Assembly (NCBI RefSeq): GCF_964355755.1
Contig: NC_092671.1
Coordinates: forward strand, 19,034,001 to 19,098,000
Source: Antedon mediterranea
Taxonomy: Eukaryota > Animalia > Echinodermata
Direction of reading: 5' to 3'
DNA length: 64,000 nucleotides
The stretch's first letter is position 1. Each line of letters starts with the position of its first letter. Positions 51,521 through 62,847 of the stretch are shown piece after piece. A program made the position numbers and the translations under genes. The notes below the pieces were generated by a model. It did not search any database and was not told the DNA's origin. It worked only from the letters and a program-made list of their open reading frames with translations.

Positions 51521-52671
51521 GACATGTTGATGATCAATAAATTGATGACTGATTGACTTTTATTTACAAAACAGTTATTGTTAAAGTAGTCTATTGTCAA
51601 AAAACTAATAACGAGTTAGCCATGGCAGTATTGATTTAGATTGATCACCAATCAAATTAGTGGATTCACTTTGTGATTCTAAGGACATCACAATTGATTT
51701 TTCATACTTTTGTATTATCTTAACAAAAGTTTCATTACGTTGTATTGAGAGTTGTTAATTAGGATTGCAAATGATGTGCTTCTACAACATCCAAAACAAC
51801 AGTGACAGTGCGCCTTTGCGTAAATTGTCAGTCGTGTACGAGGAAGGCATGATAAGAAGTCCCGAATAATTTGCTATATACAAGGTAAGATAATTAACAC
51901 TGTTATAATATTCATACTTTTTTATATAGTTGCAAGCACCATTATTACCACAAAAAAATATGTAGTGAATGAATTGGGAAACACTGTGTAAAAAAGTTGA
52001 TGAGTTTATCATGCAGCATCACTCATATTTCTTTTGCGAAATTTGAACAACATAGGTATTCTATTTATTTAAAGAAAAAATTAAAATCTAAAAGAATATA
52101 AATATAATGTCGAACTGTCTATGTCTCTGAGAGAAATGATCAGTATACAGGAAGATCATTTTATGGGTATTGAAAAGTAATTTCCACTGGAATACCATAG
52201 TGAAAAAACCCCAACTTGAGTACACCTTTACTTACCTACTATACCTATGTCAAGGTCTAATTTGACGTGTATAACATAATACTGGCAATAAAATTTAACA
52301 GGAACAATATTCCACCATAAGTCAAACAAAAAAACAATAAACAACGAATTAGAAGCTATATGCGTCGTTTTCAAGTATATCATGAGATATACAAATATCC
52401 ATGTATTGTGGTTCTATTTGTTTGGAAGTTCGATAAGACATATCGTATAATATTTGCGATAATAACAATAAAGACACAAGCAACATTGATACACTATGTA
52501 ATGGTGGCTATTGTGAATTGTGAATGATAATTCTTTTAAAACCTTTTACCAATATAGCATGAAACTAAAATGAAGAATTACGTCTATATTAATCAGTTCG
52601 TTTGACGCAAGGAAAGATATTATTTTGAAGCCAACTGATGACGTAGGCATACTGAGTATAGAAGACATGAC

Positions 52672-53811
52672 ATGGAAACAATGAAGTGTCAGTGGTCAGG
52701 AGCATCCAATTTGACATCTCGAAGTACCACAAGATTACGACTACGTCAGAGAATTACCGAGACTCTTGAAGAATTTAAATCTTCGTCTTTTCAATTCGCT
52801 GCGAAAAATATCAATCATCATTATATTCGACTTGAGTATGTGAATCTAGCAGCAGAATTATGCCGATTATTTTTACGCTATGTTGATGAACATAGTAACA
52901 AATATCCAAGCCGGTCGTCTACTATTTTGCACGAAGCTCTTGACGAAGCTACGAGATTGAAAAATGAGATGTTAGAGTATTCGAAAGATACGACGTCTAC
53001 GTTTGGTAGATCCGTATCAAAATTGTTAAAGAAATCTAGAGGGTTATATCCAGAGTTTATCCAATCGTGTGCGCACAAGATGTTTCGGACAAATTACATT
53101 GAGTTGAGCTTTTCTCAGCAGGAAAGAATTTTTATTACCATACTTCGACAGACATTACGAACTAATTTGGTTATTGTATCAATTCGAAAATGGTCTGGGA
53201 AACTTGGTGTAACATTTGTCATTTTAACAGTTGGAATATTAATGTATAATATCAGTGTCGCGTTGCGGCCGACGTGCCATCATATTAGCCGTGCAGTTGC
53301 ACTTGGATTTGGTGCATCTGGCCGCTGCGTTGAACGGCAACTTGGAGCTGAGATTGCCGCTTGTGGTGGCCCAGTAGGAGTGTTTTTAGGAGGACTTATT
53401 GGCGGATTGAATGTCGCATTTGTTGTTAATTTGGGCAAAGAAGGTATACTTCGTATTCTGGCTCGTTTATTATTCCCTGCTTCGACATCAGAATTTCAAA
53501 TGCCACTTAGTTTAAGAGGCTATGATGATATTTACAGCTTGCCAATAATACGCACATCAACAACCAAGACAATTGAATCTGGTGGCACAACATACAAGCG
53601 ACGTGCGCGCTCAGCGCCGCCATCAGTCAGAAACTACACGGCTGCTACTGATAATAAGCGGCAAACTCGCTATCGTTCAGCCACTTCAGGATTGACCAAT
53701 GGTCTACCGGCATTTACTGTACTCACATACAGACCAACAATTCCTCCATCGACATCACCGTTTGTGCCAGATGTTTATCCAGCTTTTCCGAGTGGTGTCT
53801 TTATCAATTAA
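52672..53811 (+). CDS. Orphan alpha-helical protein with hydrophobic helix and glycine-zipper segment, 379 aa; possibly a decaying gene
   Basis: A 1140-nt ORF in AT-rich DNA. It has the hydrophobic GKLGVTFVILTVGILMYNISVA, the glycine-zipper-like GAEIAACGGPVGVFLGGLIGGL and an S/T/P/R-rich tail. A probable acceptor at 52557 and an out-of-frame N-terminal extension lie upstream. Confidence 0.7.
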   Translation: METMKCQWSGASNLTSRSTTRLRLRQRITETLEEFKSSSFQFAAKNINHHYIRLEYVNLAAELCRLFLRYVDEHSNKYPSRSSTILHEALDEATRLKNEMLEYSKDTTSTFGRSVSKLLKKSRGLYPEFIQSCAHKMFRTNYIELSFSQQERIFITILRQTLRTNLVIVSIRKWSGKLGVTFVILTVGILMYNISVALRPTCHHISRAVALGFGASGRCVERQLGAEIAACGGPVGVFLGGLIGGLNVAFVVNLGKEGILRILARLLFPASTSEFQMPLSLRGYDDIYSLPIIRTSTTKTIESGGTTYKRRARSAPPSVRNYTAATDNKRQTRYRSATSGLTNGLPAFTVLTYRPTIPPSTSPFVPDVYPAFPSGVFIN

Positions 53812-53939
53812 ATGATGTGTACAAGGATATCAAACAATATGATATGATGTTGTTTGATGATCGACAGCCTTGGTTCACATGAAATTTACGTCTTATCTCA
53901 ACTCAACAATAGAAACTCAATTACCGTCATACGCCTGTT

Positions 53940-54335
53940 CCATGATTACTAAAAATGTAAATTATGCTAGGTGGCCGCACAAAATTATGGCAGATTATGC
54001 CAGACACAATTAAGGCTAAAAGTGCACCAAAACAGTGAATAAGAGGGCGGTTTATGTGTATGTTTTATGTACCACAAAGGTGGGAAGCCAAAAAAAAAAA
54101 AAAAAAAAGCTCTTCGGGTTTTCAGCCAAATTATGCTAGATTGTGTACAAATTATGCCAGATTTTTTCGCAATTATGCCAGATAATATGCTAAATCGTGG
54201 TGAATATGTTGTATGTGTATGTGTATGTTGCGTTTTTCAAATTATGCCAGATTATGCCAGATTTCCTAAAATTATGCCTAGCATAAATGCCAGATGGGTC
54301 AAAATATATGCCATATGCCAGATTTGGCCACTATG
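53940..54335. repeat. Interspersed repeat rich in attatgccag motifs (probable DNA transposon relic)
   Basis: More than 10 copies of (a)attatgc(c/t)ag. Confidence 0.5.
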
Positions 54336-54914
54336 ATCTTGACATGGCTTTCGGCAGAACATCATGAACCCTTTTCAAATGAACTATTTTAATACTTAGC
54401 GCCCTCTATATATAAAACTATGTAATTTTCAATTGTTATTATTCATTGGATGATGATTATGCGATACGACCAAATTGGTCTTTTAATTACGGGTAAATTT
54501 AATTTAATTACACTATTGTAGATAAATATGTATTAGAATATCCTTATAATTTTAAACCTATAAATAGTAATATATACTGATTTGTAGAATTTGTTATCCA
54601 AAATGACACCAATATTTGACAAGTTCCTTTGATATACCTATTGTACCAGGCTATATTATGTCGTTACTCTGGTTTCTCTGCATCACGCATAAATCTTTCG
54701 CCTTTTACTAAAGATTTCCGTGCAGGGGAACACTCATTGAGTTTAAACTCAATTTTTCTTAATCCTTGTATTTACAAGGGTAATAATTATAAAAAATAGA
54801 TTCATGAACACATTTTTATTGACGCTTGTTTTGATTATTGTGTATCTTTATATTTTATACTTGTTACGATAGTGTGCCTAGAATTTCAAGTTATTCTGGA
54901 TTTTTAGGTGTAAG

Positions 54915-55742
54915 CAAAGAATATAATATCACAATGAGTATTCCGCGATTTTTGCATGAGAAATTTGTAACAGAGAGCTCCAGTGAGTGATGACCGCCCT
55001 CATAAGGGCGGATGTATACATACTAAATAAGACTTGATTTAATAGATATTATACATGTCACATTAAATAGAATTATGATAATAGTTTTTGCAATTGTAAA
55101 CTATTTTATAATACATATTTATTAACAAACTAGTGTACATTCACTTTTACAGACAATTATTTACTAACATGCTAAGTTAGTTCACAAAAAAGGCCTAACA
55201 CAGCAACACCAAAAATCAATGAATCGTTACTCAGCACGGCCTATTCTTTACCATTGCCGTGTACTACTCTACGCCCGGTAAATTAAGTATTGTTTTTATG
55301 ATATAAATTAGTATAAAATACATGTTATTAATAGGACAAAATGTTATTAACATTTATTTGTTTTACCAGAAACAAGTTAAATATAGGAATATTATTAAAC
55401 AATCCTTCGTGAAAACGCGTAAACACCAACACGCCCGGTCACGCTATCGTAGGGCCCGGTTGATAAAGCAAACTGTTTATACGGCAGTTTTTACTAAATA
55501 AATTGCATAAAACGAACAATTAAATATCCAAATAGTATTTAACATGATGTTGGCATGTAGTAGATAACATTTTTTATCATGAAAATACTACCGGTGGTCT
55601 AGCCTTTGATTAGTGAAACCGTCACAAAAAGTTGTATACATCCCAGATACATCCACACTTATGGCGGCGCCCTACCACATGGACAATATTACTGTTACAT
55701 GGAAAATCGCGGAATACTCATTCTTGTGATATATATTCTTTG
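54915..55742. mobile_element. P-element-like MITE
   Basis: Imperfect ~45-bp TIRs CAAAGAATATA..TCACAATGAGTATTCCGCGATTTT / AAAATCGCGGAATACTCATT..TATATTCTTTG, with a 7-bp TSD GTGTAAG (54908-54914, 55743-55749). Confidence 0.8.
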
Positions 55743-56254
55743 GTGTAAGTAGCTATATACTTTGAGACCATGCCTATTGAAATTCAAGAAAATTGGTTTG
55801 GTAATAACTTCACAAATAACACAAATTATATTATTTTCAAACCGGCTAGTGTTAAAAGATAGGAGACAATTTTCAAAAGCCGGTGAGCAGTCTTAAAGTA
55901 AACTTAAATTGTATTTTGTCCAAAAATGAGGTTTTCATTTGTAATTTTTAAACATAACTCGATTTATTGTACCGGCTTTTTAATACGAGTAGTTAAAAAA
56001 TTAAAAATATTTCTTTTAAAATCCACCAGTTTGTTTTTCGGGTTGCTGTTCTATTGAGACTATTATTAGTTTTTAATTCATTTTTTATTTTATTCTGTGT
56101 ATAGGTATATACTTACATACTCAGATGCCTATTGATTTTCAGGAAAATTGATATATTGGTCATGTCACAAAACCTTATCTTCCATAGATATATTAAATTG
56201 CACACTCTGTATTCTTTTAAGGACATATTCTTTGACATGGACCAAAATATTAGT

Positions 56255-56583
56255 CGACTGGCCGAGCAGTTAAGCTTACTACATGGGTTAAGGCAGGGGC
56301 GCCGCAAATCAGCACAGCTTCAAGACACTCGTCGATTATTATTCTGATCAATCTTGATTTTAGAAAGGTCATTGTTACAATGCCGGTATTGTTTTTATTA
56401 AAAATTATTTAAACAAATTATTAACCCCAGCAGGATTTTAACCATGTAGAGCTAATACATAAAGCAAAAAAATGTATCTTCCATCATGCTCCCAATCAGT
56501 GGATATATATTTGCAATTTGCGCCTTGAGCACTCTGGAGTGGTATGTGCGCTATAAAAATCTTATTATTATTATTATTATTAT
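56255..56583 (+). mobile_element. Decayed tRNA-derived SINE with (TTA)n tail
   Basis: Head tggccgagcagttaag...gttaaggcagggg resembles the SINE at 23.5 kb. The 3' end gcgccttgagcac...atgtgcgctataaaaatcttattatta is also seen at ~32575-32632. Confidence 0.45.
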
Positions 56584-56619
56584 AAGTACTTCACTCAGTG
56601 TTTTCATTAAGGTTTTATT

Positions 56620-57190
56620 TTCATTCATTGATTTATCTTTTTATTTCGGAATACTATGGTGACATAATATATCCATCATAGCAAAAGAGTAACAAAAAAT
56701 CTTAATCTAAGAGAACAAAAACAAAATTGTATATATATAAAAAGTCAATGCAACAAGGCATTCCATTGTATGTGCATTCTTGACACATTAAGAACGTGAC
56801 GATTAATGGCCATGATCAAAGAATTACTACTTGCGTTCACACGATTTTTAAAACTAAAAACAGATTTTCTAATGAACCCATCAAAGAATGGAACGTCATT
56901 TAAGACAAACATCATGATTGCCCTACAAGCAAACGTAAGGCATTGTTATAACATACTTTCAATGATCTTAGAGTGCTCTTAGTATATCTACACCATAAGG
57001 TAGAGCAGTACATGCTGACACAGTAACTCTTAAATAGAGATAACATTTAGGGGTAGTAGAACATTTCTATTTAGGAAGTTGGCCCTAATGCAAATAGATC
57101 GATATTGACGTTTAATGTCACTTTCATCACTCAGATTGTTACTGATCACATGACCAAGATAGGTTATTAAATTATCAACGTTTAGAGGAT
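56620..57190 (-). mobile_element. Decayed LINE 3' fragment (L2/Daphne-like)
   Basis: YLGHVISNNLSDESDIKRQYRSICIRANFLNR followed by SYCVSMYCSTLWCRYTKSTLRSLKVCYNNALR in another frame. Confidence 0.75.
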
Positions 57191-57324
57191 ATGTGGAACA
57201 CCTTTGAGGTTGCGGACTTTCGGGCAAAATAATAGCAAGCATTTGGATTTGAAGTAATATCATGGTCACTAGCAAAAGCTATAATTCCCTTTAACAGTGA
57301 TATTCCCTGATTTAGATTTATTTA

Positions 57325-58789
57325 CCGGTGTAAGATTTAAATGTGTCCGGTGTTTAAAAGTGTCCACCGGAATAGTGTAACACCAGCTGTTGTAAATGGT
57401 TGCAACCACCCGGACAGTTTTCATCGATAACAAAGTAGGACCATTGACTGTCACATCACCTTACCCCGTCAAAACTGGCCACTGGACATTTACCAACTCC
57501 CATTAGGATAATTATGATTCCTTAAATACCAACTTGAATCGCAAAACAAAACCAAAAAAATGTGTCGATCCAAATAAATATTATTCATATTGTTATATCA
57601 GGAGACATATTATTATACGACCTGTTGTTTAACAGACATATCAATTTAAAGTAAATGGACGTAATTTGAAAAAAATATATAATGGTCGCTAATATTGGAG
57701 GTGTATGTAAGTAAAATGATCTTAAATTGAAAGAGGACCAGTATAGTTACCCCTAACAATTAATAAAATGGTCGATAATCGAAGGTGTTTTAAGTAAAGT
57801 GGTCTTTAATTGGAGGGGGACCAGTACAATTACTTGGATTTTGTTACATAATTAAAATTATTTATTATTCTTGTCTTTACTCCTACCAATTAATACATGG
57901 TCGCTAATTGGAGGTGCCTATAAGTAAAGTGATCTTTAATTGGAAGAGGACCAGTACAATTACTTAATTTTTTCACATAATTAAAACTATGTATTCTTCT
58001 TGTCTTTACTCTGACCAATTAATAAATGGTCGCTAATTGGAGGTATCTATAAGTAAAGTGATCTATAATTGGAAGAGGACCAGTACAATTACTTAATTTT
58101 GTCACATAGTTAAAACTATGTATTCTTCTTGTCTTTATTCATACTAGATAATATAATGATCGCTAATTGGAGGTGTCTATAAGTAAAGTGATCTTTAATT
58201 GGAAGAGGACCAGTACAATTACTTAATGTTGTCACATAATTAAAACTATTTATTATTCTTGTCTTTACTCTTACCAATTAATAAATAGTCGCTAATTAGA
58301 GGTGTTTTAGATAAAGTGATTTTTAATTGGAAGAGGACCACTTCATTTACTTGTTTTTGTCACATAATTAAACATTATTTATTCTTCTTGTCTTTACCCA
58401 TACCAAATAATAATTATAATGATCCCTAATTGGAGGTGTTTAGACAAAGTGATCTTCAATTAGAAAAAAAACTAGTTTGGCATCATTAAGTATTATTGGT
58501 CGTTAAAAGAAGACAAGTGCATGCGCGATCAAAACCTGAATCTCAAATCCCAACCACCTATCATAAAACGGCCGGATTCCTACCTGACCGCTAATATTTC
58601 CCCGTACAGTATTTAATAGTGGACGCATTTAAATCCATGGGTCAGACATTATTAAACGGGCCGTACAGCATTAAATTAATTAAAAAACGCCCACGAACCC
58701 GTTGAAACATGCAACTGGACACTATCCAATGCTGAAAAGTGTCCGCCCGGACACTTTTGAATGCTGGACACATTTCAATCTTACACCGG
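57325..58789. mobile_element. Non-autonomous DNA transposon with ~41-bp TIRs and internal ~129-bp tandem array
   Basis: CCGGTGTAAGATTTAAATGTGTCC..AAAAGTGTCC at the left end and its near-exact reverse complement ending at 58789. About 6 copies of a ~129-bp unit lie at ~57680-58470. No clear TSD. Confidence 0.75.
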
Positions 58790-60155
58790 CACTAGCGTGA
58801 CTTTTGTGAGATTACTTTCGATGGAATAAAAAATGTCGGTGAAACTAATTTAACGTATTCTAATCATTGTACGCGGAATGTGGGTGTTCACTCAAGAGTA
58901 TAATTATTCACTTTCACTTATAATAATAATAATATAACCCTCGTGTCTGACTGATAAATGATATTTGTTCATGCTTAAATGTTTGCCTTCCATACGACGA
59001 ATACAGTTTCTATTCGTCTAAAAATATTGAAAAGAAAGTGAAACAAAAATATTTAAAACAATGGAATATAAATAATGTAATAATAGGATACTAAAATGCT
59101 AATACATAGCGCCCTCTAATTTTATTCTATCGTTAATAATATTCATTAAGGGTAGTTGATAATTATCAAATAAAACTGGGACTTTCAAAAAAAAAAATTG
59201 TTAATAAATATTTTATTATAACTTCAATCACCAACTATACAATAATTATACAGAGATATATATAATAATAGGAACAAGCATACTAAAATATTTGAACCTT
59301 TTGTAAGCACCTCCTATATTCTTTCTAATACATAGCGCCCTCTAAATTTATTATAACGTTAGTAACATTCATTAGAGGCAGTTGACAATTATAAAACTTG
59401 GGCTTTTTAAAAAATAAATTGTTAATTGATTTTTTAAATATTTTAATATAACATCAATCACCAAATAGACAATAATGTTTTACAGAGAAATATTGAAAAT
59501 GCTGAAAATGAAATTACAAATTGACACCAATATTTGGCGAGTTCCTTTGATATACCTATTGTACCAAGCATTCACAGATCGTTATTCTGGTTTCTCTGCA
59601 TCACGCATAAATCTTTCGCCTTTTACTAAAGATTTCCGTGCAGGGGAACACTCATTGAGTTTAAACTCAATTTTTCTCAGCCTTTGTATTTACAAGGGTA
59701 ATATGATAATTTAAAGGCAGATCTCACAAGTTACTTAGTAGTTGCAAGTCAATCTTCTATTGCCTTGGTAACGTATAAAGTGCTTACCCTCACATCAAGA
59801 ATTTTTCTCAGCCTTTGTATTTACAAGGGTAATATGATAATTTAAAGGCAGATCTCACAAGTTACTTAGTCGCAAGCCAATCTTCTATTGCCTTGGTAAC
59901 GTATAAAGTGTTTACCCTCACATCAAGAATGAGGTAATAATAGATATCTACAGTATAAAAATAGTAGGCATATCTAGAAAAGTGTGTATGTGTAATATAA
60001 TGCAGGACATTGATTCATTATTTTCATTCAATGATGGCCAATGTTATCTTACAAAAATGTTCAGTTGAAAATAACTTGATTATCAATCATTCTTCATAAA
60101 ATGTTAGTCTGATGTATAATGGTACCGATAAATGCATACTTTGTTAATTTTCAGC

Positions 60156-60627
60156 TTAAACCCTTTATGGAACCTGTGCCGGTACCAACTCTTAATATTC
60201 TGTTAAAACCTTTATAGAACCTGTGCCGGTACCAACTCTTAATATTCTGTTAAAACCTTTATAGAACCTGTGCCGGTACCAACTCTTGATATTCTGTTAA
60301 ACCCTTTATGGAACCTGTGCCGGTACCAACTCTTGATATTCTTTTAAAACCTTTATGGAACCTGTTCCGGTACCAATTCTTGATATTCTGTTAAACCATT
60401 TATGGAACCTGTGCCGGTACCAACTCTTGATATTCTGTTAAAATCTTTATGGAACCTGTGCCGGTACCAACTCTTGATATTCTGTTAAAACCTTTATGGA
60501 ACCTCTGCCGGTACCAACTCTTGATATTCTGTTGAACCCTTTATGGAACCTGTGCCGGTACCAACTCTTGATATTCTGCTAAAACCTTTATGGAAACTGT
60601 GCCGGTACCAACTCTTGATATTCTGTT
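60156..60627. repeat. 47-bp minisatellite, 10 copies, overlapping the acid phosphatase stop codon
   Basis: GGTACC recurs at 60181, 60228, 60275, 60322, 60369, 60416, 60463, 60510, 60557 and 60604. Confidence 0.95.
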
Positions 60628-61888
60628 GGTTCATCGTTTGATTTGTGGTTTGGTTTTCTTGTTATAAAATACATGACGATGAGACAAAAGAAGAATAAGC
60701 AAGCTACCATTATAGCCACAAATAAAGTATAATTTTCTGAAATATAAAACAAAGACAATTTCTTATATAAAACAAAGATAGGGTATATAATGTGCATAAC
60801 TGCGTGAATAGGCCATCGGTACCCCTTGACATATTTGGCGAATCGAGATATGTTTTGAATGGGAGGAGATATAACGAGCATTCAAAGTCATAGAGGTTCC
60901 AGATTATAATTGTGTACATTAAAGTATGACGAACATAAATTGTGTAACACTGTTGTTGTACTTTAGGGCGGGGCTGACGAACGATTGATATTGAAAACTT
61001 CAGTAGTTGAAGTAATATCATTGAGGCTGTTTTTGAAATATTTGTGGGTTATCCAAAGACACACATTGTTATCGTAAATAGGTTTATGTACACAATACAT
61101 TAAATCACCAATATATAAGGAACATACGAACGAACACACAATTAGTGTTTATAGATTTAAATTAAACAAGGACAGCCCATTCACTTCCAGTCAATTTGAC
61201 TATTTTTTGCTTACACGTTTTGGTAAAAGTGAATAACTATTATGTGAAATTTAAAATGGCATATTCAACGAAAAACATTTTTTGTAATTGTTTTTTCGGG
61301 GAGACAATATATCTTTAAAAATTTTTTTTGAATTTTAAATGTTTTCTTTATAATCTTACCTAACGGTGTCCTACAAGAGTCACGTATATCGCCAGGTAAC
61401 ACATTGGTTAATATTCGTTTAAATTCATCTAATGGACACAAGTCTGTGCAAGTAGGTAAGCTCATGATATAAGGATCAACCGTGCTATCATTCCTGTACC
61501 ATATCTTCACGTAGTACTCACTATAAAATTGGGTAAATTATCTAATATAGGGCCTATATTTTAGATCAAAAACATCATCTTAATCCTTTATTTGTTTTCT
61601 ACTAGTTCATCACTCATTTTTTTAAAGAGTAATACGACTGACAATATGTGTTTGCTTCCCTTAAGGTTACAAGAGCATGGAAAGGACACACATTTGTTAA
61701 TACTATATTATGTTGCTCCATGAATAAACAAACGGCTCACACATTTGCGCATGTGCCGTTTCACGTAGTTGTTTTACTTACTTTTGACTATCATTCCACA
61801 GTTCAACACCTAAACATGTCGCTGGTGGAGGTGGTGCACCATCGTATATTCCTAAGGCCATACTTAAAGGAACTAAAGTTGTATCATG
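60588..61888 (-). CDS. Histidine acid phosphatase (lysosomal/prostatic ACP2/ACP3-like), last three coding exons; 5' part lies beyond the window
   Basis: Exon 61782-61888 encodes HDTTLVPL...LGVELW with the catalytic HD motif. Exon 61360-61520 encodes YVKIWYRNDS...CPLDEF...C. Exon 60588-60736 encodes a TM helix and a tail with YQEL. Splice phases are consistent. Confidence 0.9.
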
Positions 61889-62029
61889 CTGAGAACAAAT
61901 ACAAAGTATAATGATACGTCTCATAAATACAAATCAATGGATGGATAGATGGATGGACGGCTCATGTACTAAATAATTCATCATTACTCTGAGACGTATC
62001 AATATTATTAAAAAAAGATATTGTGACAA

Positions 62030-62625
62030 GAACGTAGTATGGCACCGTACAAACAGTGCTTTACGGTACAAATTTTACTGTACGGCCCTGCACAACACTG
62101 TACGTTACAAACAGTATACAGTACTGGATATATAGTAAGGTACAAACAGTACTCTACGGCAGATTACAGTATTGTAAGATAAGATACAAACAGACACGAC
62201 ATGGTACATAAATACTGTACGATATGTAATAAACAGTATTAGTATTGTAGGGCAAGGTACAAAAAGTACTGTACGGAACGGTACAAACAGTAGTGTATAC
62301 GGAATAAATAAGCAGTATTATTTTGTTAAGGCAAGGTACAAACAGTACTGTACGGCACTGTCAGTACTGTACGACAATTAGGCCTACAAACAATATTTTA
62401 AGGCAAGTACGAACAGCACTGAACTGCATGGTACGGTACAATCAGTACTACTGCACGGTACGGTACAAAAAGTACTGTTATGTACAGTACAAACAGTAGG
62501 CCTACTGTCCGACACGTTGCAAACAGTACTGCCCGGCATTGTAATGCAAGGTACAAACAGTGGCTCAGTACGGTACAAACAGTATTGTCCGGCACTTTAC
62601 AAACAGTATTGCTTCGCTCGCGTAC
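62030..62625. repeat. Degenerate cggtacaaacagtactgta repeat (resumes at ~63870-64000)
   Basis: Many diverged ~20-24 bp units. These explain the Cys/Thr/Val-rich ORFs at 62384-62628. Confidence 0.7.
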
Positions 62626-62682
62626 CATCTAGGTCGTGCCCACAGATGGTTCTCGAATACACCGTAATTTCAGCGTAACTAA

Positions 62683-62847
62683 AGCCTAGTTCCCACTAGA
62701 ACGTAACGCAAGGACGTAAACGCAACGCAAGCGTTTTAACCAATGACAAGCGAAGTTATAGACAGCGAATAAGCCATCGCTTGTGATTGGTCAATTCACT
62801 TACGTTGCGTTACATTCTTGTGTTGCGTCGCTAGTGGGAACCACGCT
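62683..62847. mobile_element. Short Harbinger-like MITE
   Basis: TIRs AGCCTAGTTCCCACTAG / CTAGTGGGAACCACGCT, flanked by TAA/TTA. Related decayed copies are at ~8215-8320, ~37070-37190 and ~40660-40710. Confidence 0.65.

Noticed and set aside
52635-52665. Other CTGATGA occurrences as hammerheads (also near 3398, 29548, 38819)
   Set aside because: No stem II followed by GAAA and a cleavage triplet.
62384-62628. Cys-rich short ORFs
   Set aside because: They derive from the cggtacaaacagtactgta repeat in a phosphatase intron.
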